In this document: piece after piece, positions 54,240 to 63,170 of the stretch
Position numbering within the stretch: position 1 is the first letter of the stretch
How the letters are laid out: every line of letters starts with the position of its first letter
From: Rhizomicrobium sp.
GTDB taxonomy: Bacteria > Pseudomonadota > Alphaproteobacteria > Micropepsales > Micropepsaceae
Assembly: GCA_036264415.1 (NCBI GenBank)
Contig: DATAQZ010000058.1
Coordinates: 5,793-69,792 of the forward strand
Direction of reading: 5' to 3'
Length of the DNA: 64,000 nt
Translations under genes and position numbers: made by a program
Notes under the pieces: generated by a model
The model's input: only the letters and a program-made list of their open reading frames with translations
Database searches by the model: none
Told to the model about the DNA's origin: nothing

Positions 54240-55028
54240 ATGAGCGGGCGCATTGCCGGCAAAATTGCCTTGATAACGGGCGCGGCGCAGGGGCTGGGCG
54301 CGGCGACGGCGCGGCTCTTCGTGCACGAAGGCGGACGGGTCGCAATCACCGACATCAACATCGACGGTGCATCGAAACTCGCGGACGCGCTGAATGGCGA
54401 ACGGAACGGCGCTGCCATCGCGATCCGTCACGATGTCACGCGCGAAAATGAATGGGCCGACGCGCTGGCCGAGACCGAACGGTGCTTCGGCGGTCTGCAT
54501 GTGCTCGTCAACAATGCCGGTGTCGGGCTCACCAAGGATTTCGAATCGGTCACACTGGAAGAATGGCGGCATGTGCACGAAATTGACCTCGACGGCGTCT
54601 TTCTCGGCTGCAAGCTCGCCCTCCCGCTGATAGCGCGGAGCGTGAAGGCAAGCGGCCTCGGCGGCTCGATCGTCAATATCTCGTCGATTTCCGGGATCAT
54701 CGCCGGCCATAATATGGCGGCGTACAATTCGGCGAAAGCCGCCGTGCGCCACCTGTCGAAGTCGGTTGCGCTCCATTGTGCGAAGCACGGCTATGGCATC
54801 CGCTGCAATTCGGTGCATCCGGTGTTCATCGCCACACCCATTCTCGACCGGCTGGTGGAACGGCTTGGGCGCGAGGAGGCTTATGCGAAACTCGGCCGCC
54901 AGGTGCCGCTCGGCCATATCGGCGAGCCGAACGATGTCGCCTATGCGGTGCTCTATCTCGCTTCCGATGAATCCAAGTTCGTCACCGGCGCGGAGCTGAA
55001 AATCGACGGCGGCATTTCCGCCATGTGA
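54240..55028 (+). CDS. SDR family oxidoreductase
   Basis: ITGAAQGLG cofactor motif, NNAG, and the catalytic YNSAKAAV. Confidence 0.87.
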   Translation: MSGRIAGKIALITGAAQGLGAATARLFVHEGGRVAITDINIDGASKLADALNGERNGAAIAIRHDVTRENEWADALAETERCFGGLHVLVNNAGVGLTKDFESVTLEEWRHVHEIDLDGVFLGCKLALPLIARSVKASGLGGSIVNISSISGIIAGHNMAAYNSAKAAVRHLSKSVALHCAKHGYGIRCNSVHPVFIATPILDRLVERLGREEAYAKLGRQVPLGHIGEPNDVAYAVLYLASDESKFVTGAELKIDGGISAM

Positions 55029-55119
55029 CGGGGCGTTCGCAGCCGAGTCAAAGCTCGCGAAGCGATTATCGGGAATTGTAGGTATTGCCCGCCGTCGCCC
55101 TTCGGGCTTTGGCGCGGCA

Positions 55120-55190
55120 GCCTTCGCTCGCTTCGCCTCGAATATTTACGATCGGCTTGCCGAGCCGAAGCTCGCGAAGCGAGCGAAGGC
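55120..55190. repeat. 17-bp perfect inverted repeat abutting the 3' end of tRNA-Ala
   Basis: GCCTTCGCTCGCTTCGC (55120-55136) and GCGAAGCGAGCGAAGGC (55174-55190), separated by a 37-nt spacer. Confidence 0.75.
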
Positions 55191-55266
55191 TGGTGGAGCT
55201 GAGCGGGATCGAACCGCTGACCTCCTCATTGCGAACGAGGCGCTCTCCCAACTGAGCTACAGCCCC
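55191..55266 (-). tRNA. tRNA-Ala (anticodon CGC)
   Basis: The reverse complement is GGGGCTGTAGCTCAGTTGGGAGAGCGCCTCGTTCGCAATGAGGAGGTCAGCGGTTCGATCCCGCTCAGCTCCACCA. It has the G3:U70 identity pair, anticodon loop UUCGCAA and an encoded CCA end. Confidence 0.92.
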
Positions 55267-55394
55267 AGCGCGGGCGTCGGGCCATAAGGGCTCGCGCGGG
55301 CGGTTTTATCTAGGGTTCGCGCCTTGGCCGGTCAAGCGGAGCCGCCGCTTGCCTTGCGATTTGGCAAGGCCCTGCACTACAAGACCCCCGCCTT

Positions 55395-55730
55395 TTGAAA
55401 GCGGCCCGCGGAATGCTTGTCCCCTTGCTCGTTGCGCTTCTTTGGCTTTTCGACACGCTCGTCGGTATTTATATCATCATCATCCTGGCGGCTGTCGTCG
55501 TCAGCTGGCTCGTCGCCTTCGGCGTGCTGAACACCTACAATCAATTCGCCCGATCGTTGATCCGGGCACTTGCGGCGCTGACCGAACCGGTGTTCCGGCG
55601 CATTCACCGTATCATCCCGCCGCTCGGCGGCCTCGATCTTTCGCCGATGATCGTGCTTCTGCTTCTCTACTTCGTGCGCATGCTGGTCGACAGCTATGCC
55701 ACCATGGCGATTTATTCGATGCATTCGTGA
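55395..55730 (+). CDS. YggT family membrane protein
   Basis: 111 aa. IYIIIILAAVVVSWL..F and PVFRRIHRIIPPLGGLDLSPMIVLLLL are typical of YGGT repeats. Confidence 0.8.
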   Translation: MKAARGMLVPLLVALLWLFDTLVGIYIIIILAAVVVSWLVAFGVLNTYNQFARSLIRALAALTEPVFRRIHRIIPPLGGLDLSPMIVLLLLYFVRMLVDSYATMAIYSMHS

Positions 55731-55735
55731 GAAGG

Positions 55736-55819
55736 AATTGGGGACAGAATCTCGTTTCCCTTTTTACGGGAGCGGCTTTGCCATGTGCAGCTGAACGGAA
55801 ATGATTTCCTGTCTCCAAT
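55736..55819 (-). mobile_element. MITE-like palindromic element, copy D (inverted, more diverged)
   Basis: AATTGGGGACAGAATCTCGTTTCC...GGAAATGATTTCCTGTCTCCAAT. It begins 6 nt after the yggT stop. Confidence 0.7.
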
Positions 55820-55852
55820 GACCTCGCGGCCTGGAATATTCGGAGAAAGTGC

Positions 55853-56737
55853 GTGAGTGCGACCATCATCGACGGCAAGGCCGCGGCGGCGAAATTGCGG
55901 GCGCGCGTAGCGGACGAAACCGCGCGGCTGAAATCCGCACACGGCGTCGTGCCCGGTCTTGCTGTCGTGCTGGTCGGCAATGATCCGGCGAGCGATGTTT
56001 ACGTGCGAAGCAAGGGCAACGACGCGCGCGAATGCGGATTTGAGGCGCGCGAATTCCGGCTCCCCGAAGTGACTTCCGAAGCGGAGCTCCTGGCCCGGGT
56101 TCGGGCCCTCAATGACGATCGCTCCGTACACGGCATCCTGGTACAATTTCCACTGCCGGTGCATATTCGACAGGAGGCGATCCTCGACGCGATCGATCCG
56201 ACCAAAGACGTCGACGGTCTTACGCCGGCCTCCGCGGGCCTCCTCGCAAGCGGCCGTGCAAAGCTCGTTTCCTGTACACCGCTGGGCGTGATGATTCTGC
56301 TTCGCGAGACGCTCGGTGACCTTTCTGGAGCGGAAGCGCTTGTCATCGGCCGCTCGATTCTCGTGGGCAAACCGATGGCGCAGCTGCTTCTCGCCAAAAA
56401 TGCGACGGTCACGACTGCGCATTCGCGCACGCGCGATCTGCCGGGGCATGCACGCCGCGCCGACATTCTCGTTGCCGCGCTGGGCAAAGCGCAATTCGTG
56501 AAAGGCGACTGGATCAAACCGGGTGCCGCCGTCATCGATGTGGGCACCACGCGCATCGATCTCGGCGAGGGCCGCACCAGGCTTGTCGGCGACGTGGATT
56601 TTCAGGCGGCGCGCGAGATCGCAGGCGCGATCACGCCCGTTCCGGGAGGCGTCGGTCCAATGACGCGCGCCTGCCTCATGCGCAACACGCTGGTCGCTGC
56701 CGCGTTGCAGGCGGGAGCGCCCGTTCCGGATGTGTGA
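55853..56737 (+). CDS. folD: bifunctional methylenetetrahydrofolate dehydrogenase/cyclohydrolase
   Basis: 294 aa from a GTG start. [40 protein letters not shown] and [10 protein letters not shown] are present. Confidence 0.93.
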   Translation: MSATIIDGKAAAAKLRARVADETARLKSAHGVVPGLAVVLVGNDPASDVYVRSKGNDARECGFEAREFRLPEVTSEAELLARVRALNDDRSVHGILVQFPLPVHIRQEAILDAIDPTKDVDGLTPASAGLLASGRAKLVSCTPLGVMILLRETLGDLSGAEALVIGRSILVGKPMAQLLLAKNATVTTAHSRTRDLPGHARRADILVAALGKAQFVKGDWIKPGAAVIDVGTTRIDLGEGRTRLVGDVDFQAAREIAGAITPVPGGVGPMTRACLMRNTLVAAALQAGAPVPDV

Positions 56738-56740
56738 AGA

Positions 56741-58168
56741 ATGACGGCGGCCCCGGCAAATACCGAGCATGCGGGCGAGCTTCGCAGTTGGCGCCGCGTC
56801 TGGCCGCTCGCCGGCTCTTTCTTCGGCAGCAGCAGCCAGGCCGCTCGCGGGCGCGTGCGGCTCCGGACACTCAGCAATCTGCGCTGGCTCGCTATCGGCG
56901 GGCAGGCGGCGGCGCTTTTCGTCGTACATTTCGGCCTCGAATACCGGCTGCCGCTCGTCGGCTGCCTGATCGCCATCGCGTCGAGCGCCGCGCTCAACAC
57001 CTGGTTTGCGGTGCGCTTCCCCGCCACGCACCGGCTGACCAACCGCGATGCAACGGTGTTTCTGGCATTCGATGTGCTGCAGCTGGGCGCGCTGCTCTAT
57101 CTGACCGGCGGAATCGAGAACCCGTTTGCGCTGATGTTTCTGGCGCCTGTGGTCATTGCCGCGGCAACGCTCAACCTCGGCAACACGCTCATTCTTGCGG
57201 CGCTCGCGCTCGCTTCGGTCTCGGTCATTGCCCTTGTTCACTATCCCGTGCCGTGGATTCCGGGACAGCATCTCGATCTGCCGCCATTGTACCAAGGCGG
57301 CATTTGGGCGTCGCTCGTCATCGGAATCGGATTCACCTCCATCTATGCCTGGCGGATCGCGAGCGAAGCTTCGCGCATGCAGGCCGGGCTCGCCGCCACG
57401 CAGCTTGCCCTCGCGCGCGAGCACCGGGTGGGCTCGCTGGGTGCGCTGGCCGCGGCCGCCGCCCATGAACTCGGAACGCCACTCGGCACCATCGCTGTCG
57501 TTGCGCGCGAGCTTGAACGCACGCTGCCGCCGCAATCGCCGGAAGCCGAAGATGCGCGGCTGTTGCGCGCCCAGGCCGAACGTTGCCGCGGCATCCTCAC
57601 GCGTCTGGCGCGCCCGGAAGAAAGCGTGCTCGGCAAACCGGAACGGCTGCCTCTGGGCGCTCTCCTCGATCAAATCGCAGGTGAACATCGCGGGAGCGAT
57701 ATCACCATCGACATTCATCTCCCCGAATCGGCGCATGGTCCGGAGCCGAAAGTCTGGCGCATCCCGGAGCTTTTGCACGGGCTCGGCAATCTCGTCGCCA
57801 ATGCCGCCGATTTCGCGCGCACCAAGGTGGGGGTGAGCGCCGAATGGAACATGCGGGAGATCTGTTTTTTTGTGGAGGATGACGGACCTGGATTCGAACC
57901 GGAGATCCTTGAACGCATCGGCGAGCCTTACGTGACTTCCAGGCCTGGCAGCTACGCCCTCGGGAATACCGAGCTCGGGCCCACCGATGCATTTGCGGGC
58001 CAGCACGGCATGGGACTGGGTTTTTTCATTGCCAAAATACTGGTGGAACAGACGGGCGGCACCGTGAAGGCGAAGAACCGCGAGGAAGGCGGGGCGAGAA
58101 TCATCCTGCACTGGCCGCGCGGCGCCATCGATGGCGAGATTCCGCCAGGGCAGATCGAGCCGTTTTGA
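56741..58168 (+). CDS. regB: redox-sensing histidine kinase RegB/PrrB/ActS
   Basis: Six TM helices, the quinone-site heptapeptide GGIENPF, the H-box AAAAHELGTPLGTI, the redox-box Cys (AERCRGIL), and ATPase N/G boxes. Confidence 0.88.
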   Translation: MTAAPANTEHAGELRSWRRVWPLAGSFFGSSSQAARGRVRLRTLSNLRWLAIGGQAAALFVVHFGLEYRLPLVGCLIAIASSAALNTWFAVRFPATHRLTNRDATVFLAFDVLQLGALLYLTGGIENPFALMFLAPVVIAAATLNLGNTLILAALALASVSVIALVHYPVPWIPGQHLDLPPLYQGGIWASLVIGIGFTSIYAWRIASEASRMQAGLAATQLALAREHRVGSLGALAAAAAHELGTPLGTIAVVARELERTLPPQSPEAEDARLLRAQAERCRGILTRLARPEESVLGKPERLPLGALLDQIAGEHRGSDITIDIHLPESAHGPEPKVWRIPELLHGLGNLVANAADFARTKVGVSAEWNMREICFFVEDDGPGFEPEILERIGEPYVTSRPGSYALGNTELGPTDAFAGQHGMGLGFFIAKILVEQTGGTVKAKNREEGGARIILHWPRGAIDGEIPPGQIEPF

Positions 58169-58211
58169 CCGGGAAATGCCGGCCCTATATTCCAGACGGA
58201 AAGAGAGCGAC

Positions 58212-58757
58212 ATGCAGCAGATATCCCTGCCCGAGGATCGGACGCTTTTGATCCTGGAGGACGACCGTCCTTTCCGGGAGCGCCTGGCGCGCGCCATGGA
58301 AGCGCGCGGCTTCGAGGTTTCCATCGCGGAAAACGTGGCGCAGGGGATTTCGCGCGCGAAGGAATTGGCGCCGGCCTTTGCGGTGGTGGATTTGAAACTC
58401 GAGGACGGCAGCGGCCTCGATGTGGTCGAGAGCCTGCACACGGTCCGGCCGGAAGCGCGCGTCGTGGTGCTGACCGGTTTCGGCAATATCGCAACCGCCG
58501 TCGCCGCCGTGAAGTACGGCGCGATCGACTACATCCCCAAGCCCGCCGACGCCGACGATATTCTTGCGGCGCTCCTGGCGCAGCCCGGCCAAAAGCCGCC
58601 GCCGCCGGAAAATCCCATGTCGGCGGACCGCGTGCGCTGGGAACACATCCAACGCGTTTACGAACTCTGCGGCCACAATGTTTCGGAGACCGCGCGCCGG
58701 CTCAACATGCACCGCCGTACATTGCAGCGCATCCTGGCCAAGCGCAGCCCGCGATAA
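58212..58757 (+). CDS. regA: redox response regulator RegA/PrrA/ActR
   Basis: Receiver domain (LLILEDD, AVVDLKLEDGSG, KPAD) and the near-invariant RegA HTH GHNVSETARRLNMHRRTLQRILAK. Confidence 0.92.
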   Translation: MQQISLPEDRTLLILEDDRPFRERLARAMEARGFEVSIAENVAQGISRAKELAPAFAVVDLKLEDGSGLDVVESLHTVRPEARVVVLTGFGNIATAVAAVKYGAIDYIPKPADADDILAALLAQPGQKPPPPENPMSADRVRWEHIQRVYELCGHNVSETARRLNMHRRTLQRILAKRSPR

Positions 58758-58789
58758 ATTCGCTGCTCCCCCTCACCCGCGCCGGCACA

Positions 58790-58896
58790 CCCTCTCCCGC
58801 GAGGGGAGAGGGAATATATCCGCGACGCTGTACAGGCTCTTTCAATTAGCCCCTTCTCCCCTTGCGGGAGAAGGTGGCGCGCGCTTGCCGCGCGCC
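58790..58896. repeat. cluster of three GC-rich hairpins
   Basis: CCCTCTCCC-GCGA-GGGGAGAGGG, CCTTCTCCC-CTTGC-GGGAGAAGG and GGCGCGCGC-TTGCC-GCGCGCC. The last two lie inside the annotated 3' end of the next gene. Confidence 0.7.
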
Positions 58897-59301
58897 GGAT
58901 GAGGGGTGTTCTGGCTTCTTGAACGCGGTGTTCGTTTTGCTCTTGCCATCGTATTCCCGCGCCAGCTTTTTCGGGGCGATGACGCGCCAGCGGCGCTCGA
59001 GCATGCCGCGCAGCGTGGCCGCATCGATCACGGTTCGCCGCGCGAGCACCGCGGGATAATTCCGGTAATGCTCGGTGATGTGAAAGAGCGCGGGATCACT
59101 TTCGAGCAGCATGTCGCGCTCATCGATCGAGCCGACAATGAGAACAAACGAGTCGTCTTCGCTGCGAAGGCGAGTGAAGAACTTTCCGGCCACAAGGAAC
59201 GAGGGTTTGCCGTACGAGGTGCCTTCGCTCGTTGCCGGGAACGACAGCGCGATCCTGCGCAACTCCACGGCTGACAGGCCTTGGCTTTTCTTCCCGCTCA
59301 T
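58846..59301 (-). CDS. MmcQ/YjbR family DNA-binding protein
   Basis: LRRIALSFPATSEGTSYGKPSFLVAGKFFTRL is typical of YjbR. The final 30 or so codons are encoded by hairpin repeats, so the true C-terminus is uncertain. Confidence 0.7.
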   Translation of the reverse strand: MSGKKSQGLSAVELRRIALSFPATSEGTSYGKPSFLVAGKFFTRLRSEDDSFVLIVGSIDERDMLLESDPALFHITEHYRNYPAVLARRTVIDAATLRGMLERRWRVIAPKKLAREYDGKSKTNTAFKKPEHPSSGARQARATFSRKGRRG

Positions 59302-59744
59302 TCGGCCAAAACTATTGTACGCGGATCCAAAGCGAGATCGAGCGCAAGTGCCAGCCGCTCGGCGGCAACTTTGGCAAAGCGCAGGGTAACGGCCTTGCGG
59401 CGGCTTGCGTGCAGCACGGCCGGCGCTGCAGGCCGGACGATGGCGCCACCATAGCGGTCGGCGACAATCAGTCCGGTGCCCGGCGGCACGAATTCATCCG
59501 GAAAATCCGGCGGAATGGCGAAATAGAACAGCTCACAGAACGCGAGATAATCCGGCCACTTCAGGTCCGACCTGAGATCGCCGAGGGCGACCTTGATTTC
59601 AACGCCAGCGATCGTTCCATCAGAACCGAGTGCGGCAACATCGAGCCTGCGCCCGTTGGCGAGCGAAAACTCGAGGATCGGGCTGAAGCCTTCCTGCATC
59701 AGGAGCCGGCTTACGCCGCGCGCCACGTCCGCCGCTGTCGTCAT
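59298..59744 (-). CDS. mmcB: MmcB family (PD-(D/E)xK-like) DNA repair protein
   Basis: 148 aa. RRLDVAALGSDGTIAGVEIKV..DL..D.KWPDYLAFCELFYFAIP matches the MmcB/DUF2161 pattern. It overlaps the next gene by 4 nt. Confidence 0.7.
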   Translation of the reverse strand: MTTAADVARGVSRLLMQEGFSPILEFSLANGRRLDVAALGSDGTIAGVEIKVALGDLRSDLKWPDYLAFCELFYFAIPPDFPDEFVPPGTGLIVADRYGGAIVRPAAPAVLHASRRKAVTLRFAKVAAERLALALDLALDPRTIVLAE

Positions 59745-59773
59745 GCGGCGAGTATATGCAAATTTCCGACAGT

Positions 59774-59807
59774 CCTCACCCTGAGCTGATCCGAATCAGG
59801 TGTGAGC
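59774..59807. repeat. short hairpin repeat unit
   Basis: CCTCACCCTGAGCTGATCCGAATCAGGTGTGAGC. Confidence 0.65.
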
Positions 59808-59824
59808 GCCCCTTTCCAATTGTC

Positions 59825-59937
59825 ATCATGCGCGAATGCGCATGATCCAGAGGAAATCTGGCAGGTCGTGCGAAGCCAATCAGTGCGCTCGATGCCGCGG
59901 CCGTCCGTCATCTGGATGCTGCGCCTGCGCGCAGCAT
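59825..59937. promoter_or_regulatory. two 22-bp perfect palindromes with 9-bp arms and 4-nt spacers
   Basis: ATCATGCGC-GAAT-GCGCATGAT (59825-59846) and ATGCTGCGC-CTGC-GCGCAGCAT (59916-59937). They lie between the diiron paralog 2 stop and the mmcB start. Confidence 0.4.
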
Positions 59938-59971
59938 GACAGACTAAAACTGGCGGAAAGCGCCGAGGGAG

Positions 59972-61078
59972 CTATTCCGCGGCGACGGCGACGCCGGCGG
60001 GCCGGAAGTTCACGGCCTTGAGAAAACGGATCCCCTCCTCGGCGATGTCGTCGCCAATCATGCGGTCGCCTTCGCGGCGAAGCTCGTCCATGTCGACGTA
60101 CACCGCATAGAAGGTCCGTGTGCGGTCGGTGATGATGCCCGCGTTCAGCAGCGTCTTGATCAGCACACGGAAGATATTCGCCGACTGCTTCATCTGTTCG
60201 CGTCGCTGGTCGTCGCCGAACGCTTCCTGGATCGCGGCCATCGCCTCCTGCCAGTCGATGCCGACCGACGCATAGACCGGCTTCATCTGCTCCGGGTTCA
60301 CAAGGTTGAACAGCAGCGTCTGGAAGCACTGGGCGGCCCAGTCTTCCACGAGATCGTGTTCTTCGGGACTGAGTCGTGGAATGGTGCGATCGGCCCAGAT
60401 CTTTCCGAACTTGTGATGAAACGCCTCGTCGGTCATGACGAGCTGGCAGAGCTTCACGAGCAGCGGATCGCCCGATTTCTGGTAAAGCGTGGCAAATGCA
60501 CCCATCGCCAGGCCCTCGACCAGCATCTGCATGCCGACGATCTTCTTGTACACCTCGGGCGCGAGAACGAGCTCGGTCAGCAAATTCTCGAGGGTGGGTC
60601 CGCAGGGAAGTGGCGTGCCGAAGCGCGTCTTGATATAGGCGCTGAAAGCGGTGACGTGTCGCGCTTCCTCGCGTGTCTGGTTGGCCGCGTATTCCTGGGC
60701 GCCCGGATCGCTCAGGATGTGACAGAGCGAAGCCGAAAGCGCGAGCGCGCCCTGTTCGCCATGAAGAATTGAGGACAGCGACCATCGCGCCGACTGATTG
60801 GCGAAACGGATGTGATCGCGGCCTTTGAGCTGCTCGCCCAGTTTCGTGAGGAAGAGGGGAAACATCTCGTCCGGCAAGATCTGCTGGCTGTCGACGTCGA
60901 AAGGCTCGGTGAAATCGATGTATTTGGGATTGAGCGGATCCCAGAAATGGTCGTGCGTCGCCGAGATGATCCGGTCGAAGGAATTGCAGCGATGCCCGTA
61001 GCGCTCCACCTCGAGCATGGCCGGAAAATCGTCGGGCGCTACGGCCTCGTAGGCATCATCCTTGGTGATCTGAACCAT
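59972..61078 (-). CDS. ferritin-like diiron-carboxylate protein, uncharacterised (paralog 2)
   Basis: 368 aa from MVQITKDDAYEAV. It is collinear with paralog 1 and carries identical ligand blocks (SSILHGEQGAL, NQTREEARHVTAF, GMQMLVEGLAMGAF, LVMTDEAFHHKFGKIWA). Confidence 0.7.
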   Translation of the reverse strand: MVQITKDDAYEAVAPDDFPAMLEVERYGHRCNSFDRIISATHDHFWDPLNPKYIDFTEPFDVDSQQILPDEMFPLFLTKLGEQLKGRDHIRFANQSARWSLSSILHGEQGALALSASLCHILSDPGAQEYAANQTREEARHVTAFSAYIKTRFGTPLPCGPTLENLLTELVLAPEVYKKIVGMQMLVEGLAMGAFATLYQKSGDPLLVKLCQLVMTDEAFHHKFGKIWADRTIPRLSPEEHDLVEDWAAQCFQTLLFNLVNPEQMKPVYASVGIDWQEAMAAIQEAFGDDQRREQMKQSANIFRVLIKTLLNAGIITDRTRTFYAVYVDMDELRREGDRMIGDDIAEEGIRFLKAVNFRPAGVAVAAE

Positions 61079-61140
61079 GGTCCGCTCCTCACTGAAGGCC
61101 GCCGCAGCTTCCGCCACGAGCCGTGAAAAATCAAGAAAAA

Positions 61141-61154
61141 TGACGCCAGCGTCA
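61141..61154. promoter_or_regulatory. perfect palindrome TGACGC-CA-GCGTCA upstream of diiron paralog 2
   Basis: Centred about 69 nt upstream of start 61078. On the coding strand it is followed after 5 nt by CTTGAT, the same geometry as at paralog 1. Confidence 0.6.
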
Positions 61155-61182
61155 TCTTACCTGACGACCCGTCCCGCCCGGA

Positions 61183-61211
61183 GTTGCGGCGCCCCCCATC
61201 CGGACCTATTT
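61183..61211 (+). promoter_or_regulatory. candidate RpoH (sigma-32)-type promoter for hslVU
   Basis: GTTG-N18-CCTATTT resembles the alphaproteobacterial CTTG-N17/18-CYTATNT heat-shock consensus. It ends 32 nt upstream of the hslV ATG. Confidence 0.4.
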
Positions 61212-61242
61212 CAGGCCGGCATCACGCTTCAGGTTTCCCACC

Positions 61243-61794
61243 ATGGATGATAGGCAGGCGCACTGGCGATCGACGACCATCCTGTCGGTGCGCAGGGGCG
61301 ACATGGTGGTCATTGCCGGCGACGGCCAGGTCACCCTCGGCCAGACCATCATGAAATCCAACGCGCGCAAGGTCCGGCGGCTCGGCAAAGGCGAGGTGAT
61401 CGCCGGTTTCGCCGGCGCGACGGCGGACGCTTTCGCGCTGTTCGAGCGGCTCGAGACCAAGCTCGAACAGCATCCGGGCAATCTCGCACGCGCCTGCGTG
61501 GAGCTGGGCAAAGACTGGCGCACCGACAAATATCTGCGGCAACTTCAGGCGATGATGGCCGTCGCTGACGCGAAATCCACGCTTCTCATTTCGGGGACGG
61601 GCGACGTGGTCGAACCCGAGGACGGCGTGCTCGGCATCGGCTCGGGCGGCAATTACGCGCTTGCCGCGGCGCGCGCTCTCATGGCGTTTGATCTTGGCGC
61701 GGAGGAAATTGCCCGCCGTGCCCTGGGCATCGCCGCGCAGATTTGCGTTTACACCAACAACCAGATCGTCATCGAAAGCATCCGCATCGCATGA
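61243..61794 (+). CDS. hslV: ATP-dependent protease subunit HslV
   Basis: [23 protein letters not shown] provides the N-terminal Thr nucleophile after propeptide removal, and [14 protein letters not shown] is also present. Confidence 0.93.
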   Translation: MDDRQAHWRSTTILSVRRGDMVVIAGDGQVTLGQTIMKSNARKVRRLGKGEVIAGFAGATADAFALFERLETKLEQHPGNLARACVELGKDWRTDKYLRQLQAMMAVADAKSTLLISGTGDVVEPEDGVLGIGSGGNYALAAARALMAFDLGAEEIARRALGIAAQICVYTNNQIVIESIRIA

Positions 61795-63098
61795 ATTCCT
61801 TCACCCCGCGCGAGATCGTCTCGGAACTCGACCGTTTCATCGTAGGCCAGGGCGACGCCAAACGCGCCGTCGCCATTGCGCTGCGCAACCGCTGGCGCAG
61901 ACAGCAGCTCGGGCCGGAAATGCGCGAAGAAGTGCTGCCGAAGAACATTCTGATGATCGGGCCGACGGGCGTGGGAAAAACCGAGATATCCCGGCGGCTC
62001 GCGCGATTGGCGCAGGCGCCGTTCATCAAGGTGGAAGCGACCAAATTCACCGAAGTCGGTTATGTCGGCCGCGACGTCGAACAGATCGTTCGCGATCTCG
62101 TGGAAATGAGCCTCGCGCAGATTCGCGAGCGGCGCCGGCGTGACGTGGAGACGCAGGCGGAAGCGCGTGCCGAAGACCGAGTTGTCGATGCGCTTGCAGG
62201 TGCCAATGCGAGCCAGCTCACGCGCGAGACCATGCGCAAGCGCCTCCGCGCGGGCGAACTCGACGAGAAAGAGATCGAAATCGAGATCCGCGATTCGGGC
62301 AGTCAACCAATGATCGAAATTCCCGGCATGCCGGGCGCGCAAATCGGCATGATCAACATCGGCGACGTGCTCGGCAAGGCGTTCGGCGGCCGCGCCCGTA
62401 CACGGCGCACGACCGTCGCCGACGCCCACGATCCGCTGATTGCCGAAGAGGCCGACAAGCTCCTCGACAACGATGCGATCCAGCGCGACGCAATCGAAGC
62501 CGTCGAGCAAAACGGAATCGTATTCCTGGATGAAATCGACAAGATCTGCGCGCGCAGCGAATATCGCGGCGGCGGCGACGTGAGCCGCGAAGGCGTCCAG
62601 CGCGATCTCCTGCCGCTGATCGAAGGTACGACGGTCGCCACCAAATACGGCGGTGTGAAGACCGATTTTATCCTCTTCATCGCCTCGGGCGCCTTCCATC
62701 AGGCGAAGCCGTCCGATCTGCTGCCGGAGCTGCAGGGACGTCTGCCCATTCGCGTCGAATTGAAGGCGCTCGGGCGAGACGATTTCCGCCGCATCCTGAC
62801 GGAGCCGGAAGCAAGCCTGATCAAACAGTATCGTGCGCTTCTCGGTACCGAAGGCGTGACCCTGGAATTTGCAGAAGACGGAATAGACGCAATCGCCGAC
62901 ATTGCCGCGCACGTCAACGCGACGCTCGAGAATATCGGAGCCCGGCGACTGCAGACGGTGATGGAGCGCGTGCTCGACGAGATCAGTTTCGGGGCCACCG
63001 ATCGGTCGGGAGATACGCTGGTCGTCGACGCTGCTTACGTGCGCACGCGGGTGGAGGAACTGGCGAAAGACCAGGACCTGTCGCGGTTCATTCTTTAA
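61791..63098 (+). CDS. hslU: ATP-dependent protease ATPase subunit HslU
   Basis: Starts [20 protein letters not shown], with Walker [16 protein letters not shown] and Walker [10 protein letters not shown]. It overlaps the hslV stop in an ATGA junction. Confidence 0.93.
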   Translation: MNSFTPREIVSELDRFIVGQGDAKRAVAIALRNRWRRQQLGPEMREEVLPKNILMIGPTGVGKTEISRRLARLAQAPFIKVEATKFTEVGYVGRDVEQIVRDLVEMSLAQIRERRRRDVETQAEARAEDRVVDALAGANASQLTRETMRKRLRAGELDEKEIEIEIRDSGSQPMIEIPGMPGAQIGMINIGDVLGKAFGGRARTRRTTVADAHDPLIAEEADKLLDNDAIQRDAIEAVEQNGIVFLDEIDKICARSEYRGGGDVSREGVQRDLLPLIEGTTVATKYGGVKTDFILFIASGAFHQAKPSDLLPELQGRLPIRVELKALGRDDFRRILTEPEASLIKQYRALLGTEGVTLEFAEDGIDAIADIAAHVNATLENIGARRLQTVMERVLDEISFGATDRSGDTLVVDAAYVRTRVEELAKDQDLSRFIL

Positions 63099-63170
63099 CT
63101 TCCGAGTCTGCCGTTGACGTGCCGCGGCTTTCCTTGCAAGGAGGGTCGCGCTAACCGAGGTCGCTGGGCC

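Noticed and set aside
55712-58486. Very long antisense or alternative-frame ORFs in the track. Examples are 55712-58486 (924 aa), 61749-63974 (741 aa), 39927-42446 (839 aa), 40103-42127 (674 aa), 6128-7639, 9040-10422, 23757-25706 and 37574-38881.
   Set aside because: Each lies opposite to, or out of frame with, a gene that has clear family motifs. Their translations are Arg/Ala/Gly/Pro-rich low-complexity sequence, typical of stop-poor frames in high-GC DNA. None shows recognisable motifs.
63099-63170. A possible SAM riboswitch upstream of metK.
   Set aside because: The leader is only 72 nt, and I could not recognise SAM-II/SAM-V pseudoknot elements. A TTGACG -35-like hexamer is all that stands out.
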